Shown here: piece by piece, positions 29,754 through 37,553 of the stretch
Layout of the letters: each line of letters starts with the position of its first letter
Position numbering within the stretch: position 1 is the stretch's first letter
DNA from: Hyphomicrobiales bacterium
GTDB taxonomy: Bacteria > Pseudomonadota > Alphaproteobacteria > Rhizobiales > Devosiaceae
DNA length: 64,000 nt
NCBI GenBank assembly: GCA_027066315.1
Contig: JAMONZ010000094.1
Location: 2,342-66,341, forward strand
Direction: 5' to 3'
Made by a program: the position numbers and the translations under genes
Notes under the pieces: generated by a model
What the model saw: the letters and a program-made list of their open reading frames with translations, nothing else
Database searches by the model: none
What the model was told of the DNA's origin: nothing

Positions 29754-31133
29754 TTGAGCAAGGGTTTAATCATTTCAGCACCCTCTTCTGGTTCAGGTAA
29801 GACCATTGTCACGCTTGGGATTATGCGTGCGCTAAAAAATAGGGGAGTAGATATTAGGCCTGCAAAAACAGGACCTGACTATATTGATAGTTCATATTTG
29901 GCTAAAGCTGCTGGGCGAAAAACTCTAAACCTTGATAGTTTTGCGATGGGAAAAAACCAACTCTTGGGTTTGGCTTCTACTTATGAGGGGGCTGGAAATA
30001 AATCTGATGAATTGCTAATTGTTGAGGGGGTGATGGGTTTGTTTGATGGGGCGGCAGTTAGCAGGGTAACAAATGTAGATCATTTTCCTGTTGGGCAAGG
30101 TTCGAGTGCTGATTTGGCAATAAAAATGGGGTTGCCGGTAATAATAGTAGTTAATTGCTCATCGATGGCGCAATCTATTGGTGCAATTATTTATGGATTT
30201 GCAAATTTTTCTAAAGACATAAATATTACAGGGGTAATTTTAAATTTAGTTGGCTCAAAAAAACATGAAATGATGTTGCGTGATGCATTGTTGCCACTTG
30301 GAATAGAGGTGTTGGGTGCGATTTATCGTGATGATGGTTTGAATATTAAAAGCCGCCACCTTGGTTTGATTTTACCTAATGAAATTGATGATGCAGAAGG
30401 CCTGATTATTAAAGCTGCAAAAATTGTTGAAAAATCGCTTAATCTAGACAGATTGATAGAATTATCAAGCTCAATAAAAAAGGCAAAACCTACCTCTTAT
30501 CTTGCGCCTTTGGGGCAGCATATTGCAATTGCCAAGGATAAGGCATTTGCTTTTATCTATGAGCATTTTTTACTTGGTTGGAAAGAGGCAGGAGCGCAGG
30601 TTAGTTTTTTTTCTCCGCTAGCTAACCAAGCCCCAGATGAAACTGCTGATGCAGTTTTTTTATTGGGAGGCTATCCTGAGTTATTTGGGCAGGAATTAGC
30701 AAATGCTGATATTTTCATGGCTGGTTTAATAAAAGCAAAAGAGAGAGATGCATTAATTTATGGCGAGTGCGGGGGCTTTATGGTTCTGGGTGAGGCACTT
30801 GTTGATGCTAAAGGGGTGGCGCATAAGATGTCTGGCCTGTTGCCAATTACCAGCACAATAAACAAGCCAAAACGGGTGTTAGGGTATAGATATTTAAGTC
30901 ATAAAAGCCCATTGCCTTGGGCAGAAAATTTGGTTGGGCATGAGTTTCACTATTCGTCTTGCTCAAGCAATAATTTATCCCCTCTCTTTGAAGCAACAGA
31001 TGCTAAAGGTGATAAACTACCAGCAATGGGAGCGGTAAATAAAAATGTTATGGGATCGTATGCCCATGTGATTTCTGCCCAACAGATCAAATCTGCCCAA
31101 CTTGCCTATGGGGAAGAAAAAAATGAGTGCTAA
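29754..31133 (+). CDS. cobB: cobyrinic acid a,c-diamide synthase (CobB/CbiA)
   Basis: APSSGSGKTIVTLG P-loop and a C-terminal GATase with YGECGGFM. TTG start. Confidence 0.9.
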   Translation: MSKGLIISAPSSGSGKTIVTLGIMRALKNRGVDIRPAKTGPDYIDSSYLAKAAGRKTLNLDSFAMGKNQLLGLASTYEGAGNKSDELLIVEGVMGLFDGAAVSRVTNVDHFPVGQGSSADLAIKMGLPVIIVVNCSSMAQSIGAIIYGFANFSKDINITGVILNLVGSKKHEMMLRDALLPLGIEVLGAIYRDDGLNIKSRHLGLILPNEIDDAEGLIIKAAKIVEKSLNLDRLIELSSSIKKAKPTSYLAPLGQHIAIAKDKAFAFIYEHFLLGWKEAGAQVSFFSPLANQAPDETADAVFLLGGYPELFGQELANADIFMAGLIKAKERDALIYGECGGFMVLGEALVDAKGVAHKMSGLLPITSTINKPKRVLGYRYLSHKSPLPWAENLVGHEFHYSSCSSNNLSPLFEATDAKGDKLPAMGAVNKNVMGSYAHVISAQQIKSAQLAYGEEKNEC

Positions 31134-32583
31134 ATCTTTAATGTTCATGGGGACAGGCTCAGACGTTGGCAAGTCTTTAATTGTAGCTGGGCTTTGTCGG
31201 GCATTTAAAAACCGTGGGATAAAAGTTGCTCCGTTTAAGCCACAAAATATGTCTAATAATGCTGCGGTGTGTGAGGAAGGCGGGGAAATTGGCAGAGCGC
31301 AAGCCTTGCAGGCTCAGGCCGCAGGATTAAAGCCAGTTACCGCTATGAACCCAATTTTATTAAAACCAGAACATGAAGCTGGGGCGCAAATAATTGTGCG
31401 AGGTGAGCGAGTTAGTTCAATGAGTGCAAAAGAATATTTTGCTACTCGAGAAAAATATATGCCTGATGTGTTGATGGCGTTTGAGGAGTTAAAAAATAAG
31501 TATGATCTGATTTTAGTTGAGGGGGCTGGCTCGGCCTCTGAGGTTAATTTACGGAAAAATGATTTGGCAAATTTTGGCTTTGCACAAGCGGCAAAAGTTC
31601 CAGTGGTTTTAATTGGTGATATTGCTAGGGGTGGGGTAATTGCCTCTGTTATTGGTACGTTTGATGTTGTTGCTAAAAATGATGCTGATATAATTGTGGC
31701 TTCAATTATCAACAAATTCTTGGGTGATAAAAAACTGTTTGAGGCGGGCGCAGATTTTATTTCTGAGCGGGTAAAAAAGCCTGTCTTTGGGCCAATACCA
31801 TTTTTTGTTGATGCTCATAAATTACCTGCAGAAGATGTGTTGGCTTTAGAGCAAAGCGGGGTTGAGCAGAAAGGTGATTTTATTATTTATGTACTACGCC
31901 TTTCTAGAATTTCAAATTTTGATGATTTTGATCCCTTGATTGCAGAGCAAGGGGTTAGGCTAGAATTTATTGAGGCTGGTAGACCTATTCCAAGAGATGC
32001 TGATTTAATAATTATTCCTGGTACAAAAGCGACAATTGCAGACATGAAATATATTTATGAGCAGGGCTGGGATATTGATATTTTAGCGCATGTTCGTTTA
32101 GGTGGTTTTGTGCTTGGAATTTGTGGCGGGTATCAGATTTTGGGGGGAAAAATATCTGACCCATTAGGGATTGAGGGGGAAGTAAAAACCATAAAAGGGC
32201 TAGGTCTGCTTGATATAAAAACTACGCTTAGCGAGAAAAAACGCTTGGATAAAGAGCGAGCAATTGAAATGATTTCTGGTGAGCTAATTGATGGTTTTCA
32301 TATGCATATGGGGATTAGTGAGGGTAAGGATTGCAAACAACCATTTGCTAAAATTGATAAAAAAAATGAGGGTGCGACTAGTGCTAATGGACGGGTGAGC
32401 GGCACTTATTTACATGGGCTTTTTGTTAATGATAAATTTCGCCAGTCCTTTTTGAGGCGGCTTGGTGCAGTGGTTAGTGAGGAATTTAACTATCAAGCAG
32501 ATGTTGAGCGGGTGCTAAACGATTTGGCTAAACATTTAGAAAAACATCTTGATCTTGATGCCTTGTTGGAAATGGCGAAATAA
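31123..32583 (+). CDS. cobQ: cobyric acid synthase
   Basis: MFMGTGSDVGKS...APFKPQNMSNNA and GICGGYQ motifs. The ATG at 31123 overlaps the cobB 3' end. Confidence 0.92.
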   Translation: MSAKSLMFMGTGSDVGKSLIVAGLCRAFKNRGIKVAPFKPQNMSNNAAVCEEGGEIGRAQALQAQAAGLKPVTAMNPILLKPEHEAGAQIIVRGERVSSMSAKEYFATREKYMPDVLMAFEELKNKYDLILVEGAGSASEVNLRKNDLANFGFAQAAKVPVVLIGDIARGGVIASVIGTFDVVAKNDADIIVASIINKFLGDKKLFEAGADFISERVKKPVFGPIPFFVDAHKLPAEDVLALEQSGVEQKGDFIIYVLRLSRISNFDDFDPLIAEQGVRLEFIEAGRPIPRDADLIIIPGTKATIADMKYIYEQGWDIDILAHVRLGGFVLGICGGYQILGGKISDPLGIEGEVKTIKGLGLLDIKTTLSEKKRLDKERAIEMISGELIDGFHMHMGISEGKDCKQPFAKIDKKNEGATSANGRVSGTYLHGLFVNDKFRQSFLRRLGAVVSEEFNYQADVERVLNDLAKHLEKHLDLDALLEMAK

Positions 32584-33545
32584 TGAGCATTTATATTGCT
32601 ATTGTTGCATTAAGTTTTGAGCGGGTTTTTGCCTATCCTATGGTTTTGCAAATGCTCTATCGTCACCCTGTTGAATGGATGGGGAGTTTTATTGCTTGGT
32701 TTGAAGCCCATTATAATCAAGGGTTAGCTATAGAGCGCAAAAGAGCGGGTATGATAATGCTGTTTTTTTTAGTTTTTTTTAGTTTGCTTATTTCTGTTCT
32801 GCTTGTTTATCTAACTAATTTACTGCCCTTTGGGTGGTTTTTTCAAGGGCTTATTGCCTTTACTTTGCTTAGCCAAAATCAATTGGGCAAAGCTGTTAAA
32901 GCTGTGGCAGATGGGCTTGAAATTTCATTGCAAAATGGGCGTGAGGCGGTGAGACATATTGTTGGGCGTGATGTAAAAAACCTTGATGCGGCGGAGGTAT
33001 CTCGTGCAGGCATTGAAACATTGGCTGAAAATGCATCTGATGGATTTATTGCACCATTATTTTATTTGCTTATTTTTGGTTTACCTGGAATTGTTATCTA
33101 TAAGGCCATAAATACCGCTGATTCAATGGTTGGACATAAGAGTGAAAAATATAAAGATTTTGGTTATGCCAGTGCAGTAATTGATGATGTTGTGAATTAT
33201 ATTCCTGCAAGAATTTGTGCGTTGTTATTTGTGCTTGCTGCAATGATTTATAGGCCTGCAAGTTGGCAAGGGGCTATTAGGTCGGTGAAGCAGGATGCAA
33301 AAAAACATGCCTCCCCCAATGCTGGCTGGCCTGAAAGTGCATTTGCTGGTGCGCTTGGTTTTGGGCTTGGGGGGAAACGTAGCTACAAAGGGGAAATGCT
33401 CGATCTGGCGCAAATGGGTGATGGGCGACGAGATTTGGGAGTGAAGGATATAAATTCTTCGCTTGGTTTTTATAATCTAATGAGTGGATTTGTTTTATAT
33501 TTGGTTTTTATTGCTGGTTTTATATTTATGATATTGCAATATTAG
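32583..33545 (+). CDS. cobD: adenosylcobinamide-phosphate synthase (CobD/CbiB)
   Basis: 320-aa membrane protein containing ADSMVGHK and HASPNAGWPE motifs. Confidence 0.9.
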   Translation: MSIYIAIVALSFERVFAYPMVLQMLYRHPVEWMGSFIAWFEAHYNQGLAIERKRAGMIMLFFLVFFSLLISVLLVYLTNLLPFGWFFQGLIAFTLLSQNQLGKAVKAVADGLEISLQNGREAVRHIVGRDVKNLDAAEVSRAGIETLAENASDGFIAPLFYLLIFGLPGIVIYKAINTADSMVGHKSEKYKDFGYASAVIDDVVNYIPARICALLFVLAAMIYRPASWQGAIRSVKQDAKKHASPNAGWPESAFAGALGFGLGGKRSYKGEMLDLAQMGDGRRDLGVKDINSSLGFYNLMSGFVLYLVFIAGFIFMILQY

Positions 33546-33592
33546 GAAAATCTAATATAAAGAAGAAAGATTTACTAACTTAAGAGAAAAAT

Positions 33593-33817
33593 ATGCTAGA
33601 ATTTATTGATGCTACCCCAATATCGATGTTTGTAATTGTTGCACTTGCCCTTGGTCTTGCGCCATTTGTACCCGAGCCGCATTTGTTTGAAAAAACCCGC
33701 ATGTTATTTGCTGGCACGCTTATTAAGCCAATAGATATTTTTGATTTAATTATGCATTTAACGCCAGTTTTAGCACTGATTTTTAAGCTGGCTAGAGTTT
33801 ATATTTTTAAGGCTTAG
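33593..33817 (+). CDS. small hydrophobic protein (74 aa), unknown function
   Basis: Two hydrophobic segments. Only ORF in this gap. No recognisable motif. Confidence 0.4.
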   Translation: MLEFIDATPISMFVIVALALGLAPFVPEPHLFEKTRMLFAGTLIKPIDIFDLIMHLTPVLALIFKLARVYIFKA

Positions 33818-33834
33818 GGTTTGCCATTACTATC

Positions 33835-33866
33835 AAGATTCTTTGCTTTGTTCAAAATGACAAAAG
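33835..33866. repeat. REP/MITE-like element, copy C (half element, upstream of the cobU 3' end)
   Basis: AAGATTCTTTGCTTTGTTCAAAATGACAAAAG aligns with the right arms of copies A and B. Confidence 0.5.
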
Positions 33867-33875
33867 AGACTTAGG

Positions 33876-34406
33876 TTATTTGAGTTTTAGCGGCAGGCCA
33901 GCGGTGATGAAATAAACTTCATTACAAATTTGTGCTAGCTCTTGATGCAAAATCCCTGCTTGGTCAATAAATTTCCTTGCCAAAATATTGGTTGGGGTTA
34001 TGCCAAGTCCAACTTCGTTTGACACTAAAATGACTTTGGCATTGCCTATTTTATTTAATGTGGTTTTTAAATCTTCTATGGCCTTATTCATTTCAATCTT
34101 ATTTAACTCATAAAGGTTTGATAGCCATAAAGTTAGGCAATCAACCAATATAACATCATGAGTTTTTGCACATTTTTGAATTATTTCTCCAAGTGCAACT
34201 TCTTCTTCATAGGTGATAAATTCATCACCTCGACGCTTAATGTGGCTACTTATTCTCTCGCTCATTTCTTTATCAGAAGTTTTTTTTGCGGTGGCGATAT
34301 AGGCAATTTTTTTGTCTTTTTGTAAATTGCTAAGCGCAAGATTTTCAGCAAATTTGCTTTTACCAGAGCGTGCTCCGCCAAGAATAAGAATATGAATATT
34401 TTGCAA
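33876..34406 (-). CDS. cobU: adenosylcobinamide kinase / adenosylcobinamide-phosphate guanylyltransferase
   Basis: ILILGGARSGKSKFAE P-loop and 176 aa. Confidence 0.9.
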   Translation of the reverse strand: MQNIHILILGGARSGKSKFAENLALSNLQKDKKIAYIATAKKTSDKEMSERISSHIKRRGDEFITYEEEVALGEIIQKCAKTHDVILVDCLTLWLSNLYELNKIEMNKAIEDLKTTLNKIGNAKVILVSNEVGLGITPTNILARKFIDQAGILHQELAQICNEVYFITAGLPLKLK

Positions 34407-34526
34407 AATGGCTGATCCTAGATAAAAATAGATAGATAATTATATCTGATTTTTTTAAAAAGACTAATCAAAAAATGAACACAATTGAAAGTTTAATGAG
34501 GTGTTTTTAATTGGGAGTTATTTTTA

Positions 34527-35114
34527 TTGAAAGCCCTTAAGTCTTGTTTTAAGTTATCTAGTTTGTTTTTTTTCATTCTAACTTTGGCGGCTTGTTCTGC
34601 TCTTTCTTTAGGAACTGCATATAAATTACAAAAAATCGACTGGTTAAATGATGATGTAGCAAAAATGACTTTTGCGCTTGATTTGCCTATCTCTTTAAAA
34701 CCCATGAAAAATGAAATTGCTTTAGTGATAAACGCAACTACATCAAAATTTGGTGAACGTAATATTGAAGCAATATTAGAAGAAACAGCAGATTTATCAA
34801 AAGTTGCTAATTTACCCCAACTAGCAAAAGGGCGGGTTTATTATCTATTTTCTATAGCTAAAAATGGTCAGGAAGAAATTGAAGAATTTCAGCAATGGGC
34901 AAAAGGTTTAAAAAAACAGCATGGAGATATTGGTGGTGAACTTGGAATTGGTATAAAGGCAGAATTTTGCCGCACTCAAGATTTTGAAGTGAAGAAAGAA
35001 AAATTTTCTATGTTTATTAGTTTGCCCAGTAAAGTAGAACTTAGCCCATTGATTTCTGGCATGAAAATATCTGACGCAACTAAAGGACAGGCAACAGATA
35101 TTCCTGTTTGTTAA
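34527..35114 (+). CDS. lipoprotein, unknown function (195 aa)
   Basis: Lipobox LTLAACS. TTG start. No recognisable domain. Confidence 0.5.
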   Translation: MKALKSCFKLSSLFFFILTLAACSALSLGTAYKLQKIDWLNDDVAKMTFALDLPISLKPMKNEIALVINATTSKFGERNIEAILEETADLSKVANLPQLAKGRVYYLFSIAKNGQEEIEEFQQWAKGLKKQHGDIGGELGIGIKAEFCRTQDFEVKKEKFSMFISLPSKVELSPLISGMKISDATKGQATDIPVC

Positions 35115-35119
35115 TTTTT

Positions 35120-36610
35120 TTAAAACCCGCCGCCAGTTTTGAAACCACCACTTTTTCTTGAGCCTCTTGAGCTTGAGCGTGGGCGAGGGCTTGAGCGAGA
35201 ACTTGATTTAGGGCGTGAAAACCCTGAACGTGAAGATTGAGCCCAAGGAGAAGAGCTACCTCTTGAGCTTTTAGGCCTGCGGGCAGAGCGGGGTAGGCCA
35301 ATGTTTAAGCCCCAATCAGAAGAGCCAGATCGCCAGCTTTGGCTGCCTTGGAATTGGTTCCAATATACTGCTGCTGAAATTGCACCTGCTAAAAATTCAG
35401 TTAAAAGAGAGCCAGTTAAATTATCTTTTTTAAAGGTAGAGCGGGGGTCATCAAAGCGGGCTTTTTTAAACTCCCATTCAATATCCTCAAGCTCACGCCG
35501 CCTTGTTAAAAGAATTTCTAAGCGATCGTGATGTTGTTTATTTTTAGGCTCTTCTTCTAGAATACGGCTTGTTATATCTTCAATCTTTTCAACCAAAATA
35601 TTATCTTCGTTAGTTGAGGTGATTTGCGCCATTCTCATCATAGATAAAATATTCTGCCCATTAAGGCTTTTGACCAACATGTCTTTAGCTTTTTCAAAAG
35701 CAGGCTCTTGTCCAAGTGCAAGTAGGCGATAGGCTTCTGCTTGCTCATCACGCTGATTTTCTAGATCAAGCAATATTTTATCAATTTTGCTCAAACTGGC
35801 TTGAGCCTTTGTTATTGCTTGGCGAAATGGTGCGCCACCAGCTTTATCTATTGCTTTTCCTTCTAGTTCATCAATTTTATCAATTGCATTTTGTAATAAT
35901 AAATCTTGATGTATGGCATGCTCGTTTAGCCGAAGCGGTATTTCATTTAACATCGCAAAATTTGGTCTGGCCTGATTATAGCCAACTAATTTAGCGACCT
36001 TTTTATCAAGCCATAAAATTAGGTTAGAGCCTTTATAGCTTTTTGTGCCAAATTTTTTATCCCATAAATAGATGAATAATGGATCAGAGCGATAAGGTTT
36101 GCCTTTTTCTTCTTTGTCACTTTTTGCAAGCTCGGTCTTAGCTTTTGCATGCTTTGCTACTTCTTCTAGCGAGCGAATTTCTTTTTTAAGTTGAGAATAA
36201 TTTGGGTCGTCAGAAATTTCTTTGGCAATTTTTTTTGAAAGTGCTTTTAATTCAAGCTGTGCTTTGTCAATTTCGTTTAATTGTTTTCGTCTTAAAGAGA
36301 CATTTTGTGAAATTTTTAAATCAAGATTTTTTAATAATCTCTCAGCTTTATTAAGGCTTATATCATGATTTTCTAACACTTTATGCGCTCTGTTTTGAGC
36401 GGTGAATAACTGATCGCTTAACTCTTTGCGGGCGGTTTCATCAAGCCTTATTGTTGCTAATTGCCTAATAAGGGCGGCTTTTGTTTCGCTTAATTTTGCC
36501 GTTACTTCGGTGCTTCTTGCCAAAAATTTGGCAATCCTAATTTCTTCTTGGCGAATATCAGCAATTGCGTTGTCGAGTGATTTTAATGCCTCAGGTCCAC
36601 TTAATGCCAT
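35120..36610 (-). CDS. coiled-coil protein with Ser/Arg/Gly-rich C-terminal tail (third gene of the triad)
   Basis: 496 aa of long heptad-rich helices. Contains the core motif PYRSDPLFIYLWDKKFGTKSYKG, a hydrophobic segment LLTEFLAGAISAAVYW, and a tail ...SSRSGFSRPKSSSRSSPRPRSSSRGSRKSGGFKTGGGF. Its start lies 1 nt after the upstream stop. Confidence 0.75.
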   Translation of the reverse strand: MALSGPEALKSLDNAIADIRQEEIRIAKFLARSTEVTAKLSETKAALIRQLATIRLDETARKELSDQLFTAQNRAHKVLENHDISLNKAERLLKNLDLKISQNVSLRRKQLNEIDKAQLELKALSKKIAKEISDDPNYSQLKKEIRSLEEVAKHAKAKTELAKSDKEEKGKPYRSDPLFIYLWDKKFGTKSYKGSNLILWLDKKVAKLVGYNQARPNFAMLNEIPLRLNEHAIHQDLLLQNAIDKIDELEGKAIDKAGGAPFRQAITKAQASLSKIDKILLDLENQRDEQAEAYRLLALGQEPAFEKAKDMLVKSLNGQNILSMMRMAQITSTNEDNILVEKIEDITSRILEEEPKNKQHHDRLEILLTRRRELEDIEWEFKKARFDDPRSTFKKDNLTGSLLTEFLAGAISAAVYWNQFQGSQSWRSGSSDWGLNIGLPRSARRPKSSRGSSSPWAQSSRSGFSRPKSSSRSSPRPRSSSRGSRKSGGFKTGGGF

Positions 36611-36611
36611 G

Positions 36612-37550
36612 TTACCACCTCGTCACTGCGCCATCTAAAACAGGCACTGAATATGTGACTTTTAGATAACCATAGGATTTATTGCCAATAATATTTCGCT
36701 GAATAATACCATCGTCAAGTTTGTCTGCCCCGACGCTTTCATAAATATCTTTTGATACTCTAATGCCCCAAATATTTACGTTTTCAATCTGTCCAGTTTC
36801 CTCATTTAAGATAGGTAGAGTAATTGGCCGGTTTTCGCTATCAAGTGCTTCAACTACTAAATAATAATTTGTTGCATCGGTGTTTACTTCTGGAAAAGTC
36901 CAAAATCCAGATTTCTCACCCTCTTTGTTTACAATTCTTAGCTGGTATTCAAGCCTTAAGAGGTCACGCAAATCTGTTAGGGATTTTAGCGCAGATTTAG
37001 CTCTTGCTAGGTTTTCTTCTTTTGAAGCAATAAGGCCTTTTTGCAAGATTTCATCGGCTTGAGTTAGTGCAATTTGTACTTTTGTTTCAGAAAAAATACT
37101 ATCGTAAACTGCCTGCATTTGATTGGGCAGGGTTTGAGATATTTCAATTTTAGCATTTTCTAAATTGGCTTGCTGATTTGGCAAATGGCTAAATTGATAA
37201 TAAGAAGTACCAAGGACTAACGCCAAAATTGAGCCAATTAACCATTTGCCCCATTTTGAACGGCTAATATATATTTTTGCTAAACTAGTAGCAAAACTCT
37301 TAGCTGGAGGGGTATAGATAAAACGATCTTTTGAAAGTGCATCAACCCCCTCTGCTAAAATATAATCTGGCACGTCTATACCCTGAGCGGAGTAAATATC
37401 TCGCAATCTGTCAATTAACAGATCTTTTTTGGCCTCGCCATTTAACTCACGCTCAACCAAATCAGATTGATGGCGTAAAGTATCAACGACATCCATCGCT
37501 AACATTACCTCATCAAGTGGAAGTGGTTGCTTTTTTGATGGTGAGTTCAT
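36612..37550 (-). CDS. single-pass membrane protein (second gene of the triad)
   Basis: 312 aa with the N-terminal motif LDEVMLAMDVVDTLRH, a TM segment WLIGSILALVLGTSYY, a coiled coil, and a beta-rich C-terminal domain. Confidence 0.75.
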   Translation of the reverse strand: MNSPSKKQPLPLDEVMLAMDVVDTLRHQSDLVERELNGEAKKDLLIDRLRDIYSAQGIDVPDYILAEGVDALSKDRFIYTPPAKSFATSLAKIYISRSKWGKWLIGSILALVLGTSYYQFSHLPNQQANLENAKIEISQTLPNQMQAVYDSIFSETKVQIALTQADEILQKGLIASKEENLARAKSALKSLTDLRDLLRLEYQLRIVNKEGEKSGFWTFPEVNTDATNYYLVVEALDSENRPITLPILNEETGQIENVNIWGIRVSKDIYESVGADKLDDGIIQRNIIGNKSYGYLKVTYSVPVLDGAVTRW

Positions 37551-37553
37551 TGT

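Noticed and set aside
35080-35531. ORFs 35080-35301 (minus) and 35301-35531 (plus) overlapping the 3' end of the 496-aa gene.
   Set aside because: They are alternative-frame artefacts of the locally GC-rich, repetitive tail-coding DNA. The 496-aa frame is continuous with the upstream coiled-coil region.
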